From the IMG/VR virus record IMGVR_UViG_3300036800_000125, positions 1 to 60,506 of that record: DNA of 60,506 nucleotides, one strand, 5' to 3'. Numbering within the stretch: position 1 is the stretch's first letter; every line of letters begins with the position of its first letter. Below are positions 1-9,112 of the stretch, in pieces. Source of the stretch: a virus (lineage: Duplodnaviria > Caudoviricetes). A program made the translations under genes and the position numbers. The notes under the pieces are model-generated. The model did not search any database, had not been told where the DNA came from, and saw only the letters and a list, made by a program, of their open reading frames with translations.

Positions 1-220
1 CGCTAACGAGCAATTCCCAGTAATCACCCCGGTACGCCCATGGGCGTTCGATGTGTGGCATAACCAATCCTCTTGATCATCCCGGTTAAGGCGCATTAGC
101 CGATGGTCGGGACATGTGCAGGTGTCGTCTTCGTCTTCGTGCGGGGCTGGGTATTCGCCCCAGTCTTCACCGAGCAGCGCAGAAATCATCCGAGCCCCGG
201 CAGGGCTGGCATGGATTGAG

Positions 221-397
221 TTATCCAAGGTTCCACCTCCCGGTCACATAGTTCCATGCAACGAGAAGCATCTTGCGTGCCACCATCGCTGCGCACCAGG
301 CAACAACGAATGCAGGTGCTCCAGGGTAATGGATGTCCATGGCGATCTGTGCTGACCATACAGCCGTAGCAGATATGAAATCCATCAGAGGGTTCAT
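221..397 (-). CDS. small hypothetical hydrophobic protein
   Basis: ORF MNPLMDFISA...; ATG overlaps the upstream stop (ATGA), consistent with leftward operon packing. Confidence 0.5.
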   Translation of the reverse strand: MNPLMDFISATAVWSAQIAMDIHYPGAPAFVVAWCAAMVARKMLLVAWNYVTGRWNLG

Positions 398-585
398 ATT
401 TGACTGCCATTCCTGGATAGCCATTCCCAGAACGAACGCTGACCCTCATTTGAGTTGATCCAGGTACGGAACACATCTGCGACAAATCTGTTGGGCAATG
501 TTACTGTGACCTGGAAGTCCTGTGGTGCATCTCCTGTCGTGATTGGTTCATTCACGAATCGAGTCCTCGCAGTGAGTCCAGCCAA
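394..585 (-). CDS. hypothetical protein
   Basis: 63 aa ORF tightly packed in the leftward operon; start uncertain. Confidence 0.5.
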   Translation of the reverse strand: MAGLTARTRFVNEPITTGDAPQDFQVTVTLPNRFVADVFRTWINSNEGQRSFWEWLSRNGSQI

Positions 586-778
586 GGTCGTAGCCGCGCC
601 GTTCGGCTACGCCTGAGCAGGAGATTACTCGTTGAATTGCCTTCTCCAGAGCGATGCCGCCCGCCTGGATTCCGAATATAGTCAGAATGTCGGTGACAGC
701 GGCTTGAGCCTCCTCGCGCTCGGGGGTATTGGAAAAGTCGCTGTCCGCCCACATAATTGATGCGCTAGCCATCGTCAC
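548..778 (-). CDS. hypothetical protein
   Basis: 76 aa ORF, protein-like composition, AGGAGG upstream. Confidence 0.6.
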   Translation of the reverse strand: MTMASASIMWADSDFSNTPEREEAQAAVTDILTIFGIQAGGIALEKAIQRVISCSGVAERRGYDLGWTHCEDSIRE

Positions 779-1004
779 CCTCCTTTCTGGCCATCGGGTC
801 GAATATAGCCCAGAGCCCGCATCCTTTGCACTGTCGCTGGATATGGGTCTTAAGCATATCGTGTATCCACTGTAGCTTAACTGCCTGGTTGCCTATTGCT
901 CCTATCGGCTCGGGTGTATGTGGTTCGCATTCTTCCGGGAATAGAGGGGTGAAGTGACCCTCGACGATCTTGATGCGCTGAGGCACTTCTTGGCCAGGCA
1001 TCAT
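765..1004 (-). CDS. hypothetical protein with C-terminal CxxC (QRQCKGCGLWAIF)
   Basis: ATG overlaps the primase stop codon (ATGA). Confidence 0.65.
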   Translation of the reverse strand: MMPGQEVPQRIKIVEGHFTPLFPEECEPHTPEPIGAIGNQAVKLQWIHDMLKTHIQRQCKGCGLWAIFDPMARKEGDDG

Positions 1005-3013
1005 TCGTCGTCCCCTACCCTTGCCTTCTCTGTGGTCCAGTTCCATCCTCGGACGCCTGGCTTCCCCTTCTCGCGAACCGGGATCGAGCGAACGCCGAGG
1101 TGTTCTTTCGCCTTGTTGATATCGTCCTTGCGTGTTGACGCTCCGGCCTGCCGAAGGGCATCGATCACGTCGGCAGAGGGCCATGTGTTCCTTTCGCCGA
1201 ATAGTTCGAGCATGATCTCCTCCACCTCCTTCAGCCGTGTCGGCCCTCTGCCTCCACGCATTGCACCTTCGCCATCTGCCAGAACATCCGCTGTCACTCC
1301 GACCGCTAGATCGCCCCAATCTACCCTGCCGTGATAGGTTCCCTGGCGGTCACCTGTGAGGATCTCACTGTCAACGATATTATACCCCCAAACCCCGCCG
1401 ATACCCTCCTTCGACGTTAGGTTCGTATCGATGATGGCGATACCGAACTTGTCTTGGTGCCCTTCGGGCAGTTCTCCGGTAATCAGATGGACACGCGCCC
1501 GATTTTGGAATGCAGTACTGCCGCTTCCCCGATTCGCTGCTCCGGAGCCGCGTGCTTTGTTCAGGTGACGTATTGCTAGGCCAGCACAGCCCGTGTCATT
1601 AAGCACCACAGCAAGCGGACGGAGCGCCTGACGGACACTTGCATCATTGTGAGTCTGTACATCCTCGCCCAGCATGTCGGTGATCGGGTCGAAGATGGCC
1701 ATGCGTGCCTCGCACTCGATAATGGCACTCTTGATATGCTTGGCACCTTCGGGCAGACCCCAGTTGCGACGAACCGCGGCCGGACTTACTCGTGCTACTC
1801 GCTTGAGGTCTGCCCCGGCCGCCCGGAGGCGCGGCCGGATCGTCGTGTCCCATCCACCCTCATCTGTGAACAGCAACACGGTGATCGGATCGGTCTCGGC
1901 CGTGTCCTGATCCGGCATAGGGAATCCGCGCGTCGCCCTTGCAATTAGGTCATAGGTTATGAATGACTTCCCCTTGCCCTTGGCGCCGTCCATTAGCGAC
2001 ATCTCGCCGAACGCGAGCCGACCATACCAGAGCCATGCGAGGCTCCGCTCAGCGATGTCATCAACCCACTGAATCAGACCACGCCGTGTCGGACGGATGC
2101 TCGCTAGCTCGCGTTCTTCTTCTTCGGTTCCGTCTGGCAGCACCGTACCGCTACGGTGAAGGAGGCCGCGTAGATGCCAGTCGGGTCGAGAACGCCGTGC
2201 TGCCGGATACCAGGGGTCTTGGGTATTGTAAACCGGCATCTCACGAACGAGGAGGACGAGGTTGGCTACGATGGACACCTCGTCATGACCCATCCGCTCT
2301 AGCTCGTGGACGTACTTAAGGAGCGCTTGTCGCTGCTCTCCTCCCTCGGCAACGATGCAGTCCTTGCGGAGCGCATCCACCGGAGTCCGCCCTGAGCTAT
2401 AGACTCGATCTGCTGGGGATCCAAGTGATTCCAGTATGTAATCACGGAGGAGGGCGCATCCGATATCGGTGGCAGATTGTAGAGGTTGAACCGGATCATC
2501 TTTGGATCGGTAGTGGAGAACCTCTCCGGTGACCTTAGATGGTCGTACTGTCGGAGGAATGAATACAAATCCTCGTCCGGTACCATCGTCCTTGCCTCCC
2601 TGGAGGTCGAGTCCCTTGAGGAAGCCAGTATGCTTCCCTATGTTCAGCCCAGCGATATAGAGGTGGCGTCCACCGCTCGGCGTCGCCACCTCCCAGTAGA
2701 CTTCGGGTCCGTCTTCTCCGAGTTCCTTGCTGAGGCGCTTGAAGCTAAGAAGACCGCCATTTCGTGGATCGATATCTAGAACGTCAAATGTAGTGCCGGT
2801 CACGGCACACAGGGCCTCGCCTGGCCTCCAGCGGTCAACCTCGTCGTGGGATGGCTCCCTTTTCTGCCAGTTTCTCCAGCGACGATCGTTCTCGTCCGGG
2901 TTCCCATCAACCTTGAGGCGGCCACGGAATACAGCTATTCCGTAGTCGACAAGAAGGTGGGCGCGATTTAGGGCTTTCTCCGTCGCGGGGGTCGTACCTT
3001 CCGGTAGGATCAT
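1001..3013 (-). CDS. bifunctional DNA primase/polymerase (Prim-Pol) fused to RecA/AAA_25-type helicase
   Basis: VLDIDPRNGG and TPSGGRHLY Prim-Pol motifs; Walker A GAKGKGKS, Walker B IFDPI, RHLNK and GSTAF motifs. Confidence 0.9.
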   Translation of the reverse strand: MILPEGTTPATEKALNRAHLLVDYGIAVFRGRLKVDGNPDENDRRWRNWQKREPSHDEVDRWRPGEALCAVTGTTFDVLDIDPRNGGLLSFKRLSKELGEDGPEVYWEVATPSGGRHLYIAGLNIGKHTGFLKGLDLQGGKDDGTGRGFVFIPPTVRPSKVTGEVLHYRSKDDPVQPLQSATDIGCALLRDYILESLGSPADRVYSSGRTPVDALRKDCIVAEGGEQRQALLKYVHELERMGHDEVSIVANLVLLVREMPVYNTQDPWYPAARRSRPDWHLRGLLHRSGTVLPDGTEEEERELASIRPTRRGLIQWVDDIAERSLAWLWYGRLAFGEMSLMDGAKGKGKSFITYDLIARATRGFPMPDQDTAETDPITVLLFTDEGGWDTTIRPRLRAAGADLKRVARVSPAAVRRNWGLPEGAKHIKSAIIECEARMAIFDPITDMLGEDVQTHNDASVRQALRPLAVVLNDTGCAGLAIRHLNKARGSGAANRGSGSTAFQNRARVHLITGELPEGHQDKFGIAIIDTNLTSKEGIGGVWGYNIVDSEILTGDRQGTYHGRVDWGDLAVGVTADVLADGEGAMRGGRGPTRLKEVEEIMLELFGERNTWPSADVIDALRQAGASTRKDDINKAKEHLGVRSIPVREKGKPGVRGWNWTTEKARVGDDE

Positions 3014-3032
3014 AAGCGCGTTACCCTCTTCG

Positions 3033-3086
3033 CTAGCGTCGGCCGGAAACCTCGCTAGCTTACCCTACGCGGCCCCGGAGCGCTCG
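3033..3086. promoter_or_regulatory. overlapping divergent promoters
   Basis: minus CGAGCG-N18-TAAGCT (3057-3086); plus CTAGCG-N17-TAGCTT (3033-3061); lies between divergent genes and resembles the genome-wide consensus. Confidence 0.45.
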
Positions 3087-3126
3087 GCGTTCCGGGGTTC
3101 TGCGTTTCGCTCCTCGGAGGACCCGA

Positions 3127-3330
3127 ATGACCCTGAAGTGCCCTGTTCACCACCTTCCCCTACTGGCCGTTCGCCATGGTAAATTCTGGTGCCCTGACGG
3201 ACATGAATGCGGCAAGGTTGATCTGGACGAGGTATATATTGAATGCATCAGAGTTCTGGCTGGACCTCACGGATCAGGTCGCTTCGCTGGGAGCGCAGAT
3301 CAGTATACCGAGGGTGAATATGCCTCCTAA
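3127..3330 (+). CDS. small Zn-ribbon-like protein
   Basis: CPVH...CPDGHEC; GGAGG RBS. Confidence 0.65.
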   Translation: MTLKCPVHHLPLLAVRHGKFWCPDGHECGKVDLDEVYIECIRVLAGPHGSGRFAGSADQYTEGEYAS

Positions 3331-3865
3331 AGAGATACATGTCCTGGCTATCGATCCTGGAGTCACGACCGGCTGGGCACGATTTACCGTTCCTCGGCTG
3401 AGCATCTGGGGTAATGAGCCGAGCACAATACTCCGGTGGGAAACGGGCCAGCTACGCGGCCGAATCAGCGACCAGGTATGGGAAACATGCCGGCTTATCC
3501 GTGGGATCCAATCTCTTACCTACAAGATCGGGCCTGCGGTTGTCTGCGAAGACTTTGACTTCGGACGCCCGTTGAAGGATCCGGAAGTCTACACCCCCGT
3601 CTACTTCGCACAGCAGCTACGTTTCTGCTTCGAGAAGACGAACCTAACGAACGACTCTCTGCTATTTATGCAGGGCAGAGATATAGCAAAGTCTAGCTTT
3701 ACGGATGACCGGCTCGACGCGGCGGGGGTATGGGTCACGCGCGACCAGTCGGACCACGAGCGGGACGCCCTCCGCCACGGCCTGACCGCGCTCCGGCGAG
3801 CCAAGCGAAGCTTCAAGGTTCGGTGCAAGCTTTGGGATGCAAAGTATGTAGTCTACGGAGAATAG
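3320..3865 (+). CDS. RuvC-like Holliday junction resolvase
   Basis: VLAIDPGVTTGWA, central VVCEDF and C-terminal DHERDA acidic motifs of the RNase H/RuvC fold. Confidence 0.75.
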   Translation: MPPKEIHVLAIDPGVTTGWARFTVPRLSIWGNEPSTILRWETGQLRGRISDQVWETCRLIRGIQSLTYKIGPAVVCEDFDFGRPLKDPEVYTPVYFAQQLRFCFEKTNLTNDSLLFMQGRDIAKSSFTDDRLDAAGVWVTRDQSDHERDALRHGLTALRRAKRSFKVRCKLWDAKYVVYGE

Positions 3866-3880
3866 CGAAAGGCGATGCAG

Positions 3881-3915
3881 GAGCCCGGCTCCGGAGAAGT
3901 GAAGGAGCCGGGCTC
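3881..3915. terminator. hairpin between convergent genes
   Basis: GAGCCCGGCTCC / GGAGCCGGGCTC perfect 12 bp inverted repeat. Confidence 0.75.
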
Positions 3916-3921
3916 ATGCGT

Positions 3922-4491
3922 CTATGAGAGATCAAGTCGTCGGAGGGCGTCGGATGTGTTCATTACCGCTTCGGCCATTTCATGCAAATCCTTCGACGCA
4001 CGGGTGATCATGACCTTGTTCTCTGCGGCGATCGCCACCTCGCTCGCAACGGTTAGCGCGTGCAACAGCCAGCGTGTGTCCTCGCTGTCCCGGCCCAGGC
4101 CGCCCACGCCGATCAGGATACGCGCGCTGGCCTCAATGCCAGCATGATGCATGTCCCAATCGTAAGGACTTACGTTCAGATCCAGGCCATGAATCGGTTC
4201 CCAGCCGTCCCATACGTTAAACATGGTAGATCTGCCCGGAATCACTTCGTGGAGAACCAGGTGTCCGACGGCGATCGTCAGGTTGCCGCGGCCTCGGCGG
4301 CGCTTGAGGCGCTGGTTTCCATCCAGCGCAAAGTAAGCTTCCCTACTTTCTTTGCTCATGACCTTGACGACGATGTGTTCTGGCATGAGCCCGGTCGCCA
4401 GGTAACTAGCTGCCTCAGAGGCAGTCATCTGGTTTTCTGGCTTGTCCTTGTAGATGCGGACGCTCCGCTTGTCATGGTCAACGGGGGCCAT
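3922..4491 (-). CDS. hypothetical protein
   Basis: 189 aa ORF coupled to the upstream gene (TAATG). Confidence 0.75.
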   Translation of the reverse strand: MAPVDHDKRSVRIYKDKPENQMTASEAASYLATGLMPEHIVVKVMSKESREAYFALDGNQRLKRRRGRGNLTIAVGHLVLHEVIPGRSTMFNVWDGWEPIHGLDLNVSPYDWDMHHAGIEASARILIGVGGLGRDSEDTRWLLHALTVASEVAIAAENKVMITRASKDLHEMAEAVMNTSDALRRLDLS

Positions 4492-4823
4492 TACCTCTCC
4501 TGCTCTCGGGGTGGATACTTGTCCAGGAAGGCCATGTACTCGTCGGCGTTGCCAATGGTCTCGGCCAGGAACTCGTAGGCGATGGCACGCCGGGCGATGA
4601 AGCTTACGATCTGCTGGGCGAACGGGGCGAACATCACGTCACGGTCGTCAATCTCGAATCCCTTGACAGCCTTGCTGCGAATCCGTTCCGCCTGGCCCTC
4701 GATGCCGTTCGTCGCGGTGTAGATGTACCGCTCGGCGCGGTTGATCTCCCTGGCCGTGTATCGAACAGCCGGGTAGAGGTGGTGAGCCGTTACCTCGGGC
4801 GGGAATCGTACGTTAATCATCAT
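4491..4823 (-). CDS. hypothetical protein
   Basis: 110 aa ORF, AGGAGG RBS. Confidence 0.75.
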   Translation of the reverse strand: MMINVRFPPEVTAHHLYPAVRYTAREINRAERYIYTATNGIEGQAERIRSKAVKGFEIDDRDVMFAPFAQQIVSFIARRAIAYEFLAETIGNADEYMAFLDKYPPREQER

Positions 4824-4953
4824 CGTGCCTCCTGTAGTCTCTTGCTACCCATCGCGCGATCCTGCGTGCGCGGATCGCCCCTTCCTTATCGCCAGCGGCC
4901 AAGCGACGTTTAGCAATCATATACCAGCCGTCCCTCTGCTCTCTGGCGGTCAT
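4813..4953 (-). CDS. small basic hypothetical protein (46 aa, MTAREQRDGW...)
   Basis: translated by hand; GGAGG RBS; fills the operon gap. Confidence 0.55.
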   Translation of the reverse strand: MTAREQRDGWYMIAKRRLAAGDKEGAIRARRIARWVARDYRRHDDD

Positions 4954-4967
4954 CCAAGTCCTCCGAA

Positions 4968-5261
4968 TCACCGCTCCTTGAGCCGATCACGGATCATGGC
5001 GATGATCTCGGCGTCCGTCAGGTTGATCTGAAGCCTGGTCATCATGTCCTTGGTCGAGAAGCGCCGGAACACCTCGTCCATGAGAGCCCGGTCGTCCAGG
5101 GCCTCGATGCCGTCAAATTCCTCGATCCTGAACACCGCGAACGGAGCCCGAGAATTCTGGCTGCTAGAGGTTCCCAGGGTTCCCAGGTCACCATCGTTCT
5201 TGATAGTCGCTTTGATGCTGCCTTGATCATTCACCCGTAGGTGCAGATACATGAATGGCAT
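4968..5261 (-). CDS. hypothetical protein
   Basis: ORF with TAATG coupling to the upstream gene. Confidence 0.7.
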   Translation of the reverse strand: MPFMYLHLRVNDQGSIKATIKNDGDLGTLGTSSSQNSRAPFAVFRIEEFDGIEALDDRALMDEVFRRFSTKDMMTRLQINLTDAEIIAMIRDRLKER

Positions 5262-5557
5262 TATAGCCCCTTGCATATCGGGCAGATGCGTGCAGCACCG
5301 CCTTGGTTGTGGAGCTGGCGCTCCCTGTTCTTATCGCCCGGCAGCGTCCGAGCCACCTGCCATCCGATCCCCAGGCTCACAGCAATCGCTGGCAGCCGTC
5401 CCCCAGTCCCGGCCGCATGGTGCTGAAGGCGGGCCTCGAGATTCAGGGCCCATCCCCAGCAGTGGCGGGCGTGGCGTACCGGCCGGTCAAAGTGTAGCAG
5501 GTAGACCGTGCCCATGACGCCCGTGTTCGGGGGTGCGGAGAGCGGATGGTAGTTCAT
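5261..5557 (-). CDS. small GIY-YIG-like endonuclease
   Basis: VYLLHFDRP..HARH.WG.A.NLEARLQHH...RERQL...CPIC pattern. Confidence 0.75.
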   Translation of the reverse strand: MNYHPLSAPPNTGVMGTVYLLHFDRPVRHARHCWGWALNLEARLQHHAAGTGGRLPAIAVSLGIGWQVARTLPGDKNRERQLHNQGGAARICPICKGL

Positions 5558-5763
5558 CAGAGTCCGGCTGCCTCCCTTTTCTGCTCGTACTCGGCTCGGA
5601 TCTTCTCTGTCTCCTCGAAGTACCGGTCCATGTCGATCTTGCCGGTTTCCATCAGCTTCTGCAAGGCCAGCTTCTTCCTATCGAGCAGGAGCGCGGTCCG
5701 TTCCGTGTCGCGGAACGCTCCGATGGCCATGTCCGTCGTAATCTTGTTCCAGTCTGTTTCCAT
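5557..5763 (-). CDS. hypothetical helical protein
   Basis: METDWNK... 68 aa, coupled to neighbours. Confidence 0.7.
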   Translation of the reverse strand: METDWNKITTDMAIGAFRDTERTALLLDRKKLALQKLMETGKIDMDRYFEETEKIRAEYEQKREAAGL

Positions 5764-5764
5764 G

Positions 5765-6280
5765 TCAGTGGTCCTGGTAGGTGTGGGCCTGCTCGACGAA
5801 CCAGCGAGCGACGGTAACGATATCGCCGACCGGAAAGCCGAGGCCGATCTCCTCGACGACGAAGGGGCCCTCGTCCGGGAGGGTCTCCCAGCGGAAGTAC
5901 CAGGCCTCGCCATCCTGGTTTACCTGAATCTCACCTCGGCCGGAAAGCAGGCAGACGTACGGCTCCCCGTCGGCCGGTTGATGATACGTCCCGTCCGATA
6001 TGACGGCTATACCGGCTAGGTCGGATTGGGAGAACCGTCGCGACGGGGAGACGCCTACCCTTCCGGGTTCGTAAGGGATATCGAGCTGAGCACGCGCAGC
6101 ATCGAGCAGCATCTGCTGATTCGGCGTTGGCTTGATCTCCTCCATGTCGTCGATCGCCTGGTTAATGAAGCGGAGGGATGTCTGGTTGGGGAGGAGCCAG
6201 GTAAGGCGCTGGAGGACGTCCTGGGCGACCTCAGGCCGGAGCAGGCCGATACGGTCGCGTAGCTGGACCAGCTTGTTCAT
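5765..6280 (-). CDS. hypothetical protein (contains EIKPTPNQQMLLD)
   Basis: ATGA overlap with the upstream gene; GAGGG RBS. Confidence 0.7.
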   Translation of the reverse strand: MNKLVQLRDRIGLLRPEVAQDVLQRLTWLLPNQTSLRFINQAIDDMEEIKPTPNQQMLLDAARAQLDIPYEPGRVGVSPSRRFSQSDLAGIAVISDGTYHQPADGEPYVCLLSGRGEIQVNQDGEAWYFRWETLPDEGPFVVEEIGLGFPVGDIVTVARWFVEQAHTYQDH

Positions 6281-6648
6281 ATTGCCACCCTCAGGTCGCT
6301 GGTGCGAACCCAGTAGAATCCTTCGCTGTCGTAGGAGGCGCTGCCACGCGCCAGCGCCGGATCGAGTACCCACCGTGGCTCGGCCTCGCGGACACACTTC
6401 ATGGTGTCCTGCGGGTTTACATCATCGTGAGCGATGAGGTGGATCTCGTACTCGGTCGGTGTGAGCCGATAGGTTTTGTCTTGTTCTCGCCGGTCCGGAT
6501 TGCGATTGATGATATGCCTTACGAACCCGTCGGTCGCCCCGCACAGGAAAGCCTTGCTGGCCGAAGAGTCAAATTCCTCGTCGTAGAACCAGTCCTGATC
6601 GGTCTTGTTCTTGTCAGGAATCTCGGCGATCGTGATGTGGTACCTCAC
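6277..6648 (-). CDS. hypothetical protein
   Basis: GTG start overlapping the upstream TGA; GGAGG RBS. Confidence 0.7.
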   Translation of the reverse strand: MRYHITIAEIPDKNKTDQDWFYDEEFDSSASKAFLCGATDGFVRHIINRNPDRREQDKTYRLTPTEYEIHLIAHDDVNPQDTMKCVREAEPRWVLDPALARGSASYDSEGFYWVRTSDLRVAI

Positions 6649-7001
6649 GCCTCCTCCGCAGTGTGATAGCGGAGGATGTCGCCGAGCTTCTCCCAGAACG
6701 CAGCGGTGGCCCCGGCCTCCCAGGCCTCGGCACACACCTCGAGCATGTCGCTCTCCCCGTCGAGGCCGAGTGCGTCGCACAAGGTCTCCTGGGTGGTGTC
6801 GTCGGGCTGGTCGCCGTTCAGGTCGGGGACGTGGTACAGGTCCATCACCTGCGGGTCGCCGTCCTCGATGCCGGCGATCAGGCCGAGCATCTGTTCCTTG
6901 CTCAGGCGGTCAGGGGCGATGGCCCACTCCGCCGCGTTCGCGCCGGTTTCCCGGCCCCACTTCTCAGCGAGCACCTCTTGGGTGCTTCGGTCATCGTTCA
7001 T
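6645..7001 (-). CDS. acidic hypothetical protein
   Basis: 118 aa, D/E-rich, GC3-high codons. Confidence 0.75.
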   Translation of the reverse strand: MNDDRSTQEVLAEKWGRETGANAAEWAIAPDRLSKEQMLGLIAGIEDGDPQVMDLYHVPDLNGDQPDDTTQETLCDALGLDGESDMLEVCAEAWEAGATAAFWEKLGDILRYHTAEEA

Positions 7002-7132
7002 GTCAGGGCCCTCGCTTCCTCGTCGAGCGGGCAGCTGTTAAGATGCCCGTGGTTCTTCACACTACACTCCGGGCACCGGCCGGTAACCAGCCAGCGCAGC
7101 ATCCGGTAGTGCAACGATATTGCCGCCTTCAT
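6998..7132 (-). CDS. small Cys/His protein (CPEC..H..C)
   Basis: 44 aa translated by hand; ATGA overlap with the next gene. Confidence 0.5.
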   Translation of the reverse strand: MKAAISLHYRMLRWLVTGRCPECSVKNHGHLNSCPLDEEARALT

Positions 7133-7133
7133 G

Positions 7134-8342
7134 CTACACCACCTCGAATTCTAGCTCGGCGTCGGGCTCGTCGGGCTCGTCGGCGGCGGCGGCCTCCGTG
7201 GTCCGGAGCCGCGCGCTTAGGGCGTCCGCGCGGGCGAGGATAGGCGCGGCTACCCGGCCCCGTCCGGCCCCGTAGTCGCCCGCGAGGTTCTGCCCGGATA
7301 TGGTAGCGCTGGGCCCGATTGCTCGAACGGCCGTCGCGAGCAGGTAGTTCGAGGAGGAGGATATGTAGGGACGATCCTCCATCTCTTGTAGCTCGTCGAC
7401 CAAGTCGACGTTGAAGATGACCTCGGCCTCGTAGCGGCGCAGGATGGTAGCGACGTCGAGTAGCATCTGCTGGTTCGGCGTCGGCTTGATCTCCGTGGAT
7501 TCGTTCATGGCCAGGCGCAGGAACGCATCCATGATGAGCGCGGGCCAGCGACCCCCGGCCGCCCAGGCGGTCGAGAACATCAGGCCCCACGTCTGCTTCT
7601 TCCGGCTGCTGAGCGCGGGATGCAGCTTACGGACCTCGTTCTTGTTGTGCTCCTTGATCTCCTGCATGTGGCCGGTGAGCCAGTCACGGAGCGTGTCCTG
7701 GTAGGCGTGGCCCATCGCCTCGACATCTTCGTCGGCTGTGTCATCCTTGTGAATGTGCTTCGGCTTCGGGCTCATCCGGATCGGGATACAGCGGCTAAGG
7801 ATGTCACCGGGGACGCTGGTGTGGAGGCCGGACATCCACTGGACGCCGTAGCTGCTCGCTTCGTACAGGGTTCTGGATACGCTGTAGCTCAGCGTCGCGT
7901 TGCGCCGGTAGCTTTCACACTGGAACTTGTACAGGGGATTGGTCTTCCCCATGTCCCCGTTCTCGCCGTAGATCTTGCCGATCTCATCCAGGCCGAGGGT
8001 GTGGTGGCCCTTCCGGTTGTAGAACGCCTTGATCCCCGGCCAGGTACTGTCGGACATCCAGCCGCCATCGCTCAGCATCATAGCGGTGTCGAGGACGGTC
8101 GTCTTGCCCGCCTGCTCCTCGTGTGCCGTAACCAGGAAGTAGGGCAGCGTCGAGCTGGCCTCCGGGATGTAGCTCGCAGCGCAGCCCAGGACGATTGCCG
8201 TCATCTGCCATGGCTGCACATAGAGCAGCGTCTCGGCAAACTCGGCAACCTCATCCAGAATCTCGTCGCCCGGCCGCCCGGCGTTGGCCTTGGCCCGGCG
8301 TCGCGCTTTGAAGACTTCGTTGCGCTCGCGTACGGTAACCAT
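7134..8342 (-). CDS. DUF3631-like P-loop NTPase (replication-associated)
   Basis: AGKTT Walker A, LGLDE Walker B, DILSRCIPIRM and AAGGRWP segments typical of DUF3631-containing proteins. Confidence 0.7.
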   Translation of the reverse strand: MVTVRERNEVFKARRRAKANAGRPGDEILDEVAEFAETLLYVQPWQMTAIVLGCAASYIPEASSTLPYFLVTAHEEQAGKTTVLDTAMMLSDGGWMSDSTWPGIKAFYNRKGHHTLGLDEIGKIYGENGDMGKTNPLYKFQCESYRRNATLSYSVSRTLYEASSYGVQWMSGLHTSVPGDILSRCIPIRMSPKPKHIHKDDTADEDVEAMGHAYQDTLRDWLTGHMQEIKEHNKNEVRKLHPALSSRKKQTWGLMFSTAWAAGGRWPALIMDAFLRLAMNESTEIKPTPNQQMLLDVATILRRYEAEVIFNVDLVDELQEMEDRPYISSSSNYLLATAVRAIGPSATISGQNLAGDYGAGRGRVAAPILARADALSARLRTTEAAAADEPDEPDAELEFEVV

Positions 8343-8366
8343 ACGGGTACTCCTCTCGCTGATACC

Positions 8367-8396
8367 ATTATACCCCCGACCGGGCGCGGCCGGTAG
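8367..8396 (-). promoter_or_regulatory. phage promoter
   Basis: CTACCG-N18-TATAAT upstream of the 8342 start. Confidence 0.6.
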
Positions 8397-8414
8397 GGGG
8401 TACGTGGGTGGAGT

Positions 8415-8855
8415 TTATCCTAGGGGGTCGACGGTCCGGCGACCGAGGTCGGTTTCCCTGGCGAACGGCGCATCTCGAGGGAGCTCCTCGCGCCTGGGGA
8501 TGCCGTCGGCGTGGGACCATTCGCCCCGCGCGGTCAGGTAGGCGATGGCGTCGCGAGCGAGGTCACGCAGTTCGGCGTGGCTCAGGCTCATGATGCTGAC
8601 CATCGGGCCATCGGGATTGAAGCGCAGTTCGACCCCGGCTTCCTTGTGGTCATGCATCCAGACCTCGGCCGAAGCAAGCTCGACCGGGTGGTCGTACACC
8701 CGTGTCCGCTTCCAGTCTGTCTCGGCCTGCTGCCTGGCCCACATCGCGATGGCACGCTCGGGGATGTCTGCTCCCCCATGCTCCGTAACGATAGCAACCT
8801 TGTGGCGCTCGGTTGCGCGGGCGATGAATGACTCGCGGCCTTCGGAACTGTTCAT
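8415..8855 (-). CDS. hypothetical protein
   Basis: 146 aa ORF in the leftward operon. Confidence 0.7.
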   Translation of the reverse strand: MNSSEGRESFIARATERHKVAIVTEHGGADIPERAIAMWARQQAETDWKRTRVYDHPVELASAEVWMHDHKEAGVELRFNPDGPMVSIMSLSHAELRDLARDAIAYLTARGEWSHADGIPRREELPRDAPFARETDLGRRTVDPLG

Positions 8856-9112
8856 TTGTTGTAGAGCTCCGTAATCGGTGTGGTGGTTCGGGAGACGAGC
8901 ATGAAGGCGTTCCGGGCGTGGCGATTGGTAACGCCCTCCAGTCCGCCTGCCTCGGGGGAGCGGGCGTCGGGAGCGAGGTCGCTCGTCCGCCGCAGGTAGT
9001 TCTTCACCTCGCTGGCGAGACGAACCGGGGTGCGTCCTGGGTTACGCATCGTATGCAACTCGAGGATCGCCCGGTAGTGGATGTTACTGCTTGTGATAAT
9101 GTTGCTGGCCAT
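8852..9112 (-). CDS. hypothetical protein
   Basis: 86 aa, AAGGAG RBS, ATGA overlap downstream. Confidence 0.65.
   Translation of the reverse strand: MASNIITSSNIHYRAILELHTMRNPGRTPVRLASEVKNYLRRTSDLAPDARSPEAGGLEGVTNRHARNAFMLVSRTTTPITELYNK

Noticed and set aside
1-220. Gene at the left edge
   Set aside because: Two minus-strand frames run off the window (starts near 61 and 189) and cannot be distinguished
3320-3865. RuvC ORF as TnpB/Cas12-like nuclease
   Set aside because: Only 181 aa, compact resolvase layout, no internal Zn finger, no IS ends or adjacent guide locus seen
3922-4491. ParB/DUF262 call from the DGNQRL motif
   Set aside because: A single short motif without supporting context
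6101-7493. 39 nt repeat as DGR template/variable pair
   Set aside because: Mismatches are synonymous and not adenine-specific, the repeat is too short, and no reverse transcriptase is in the window
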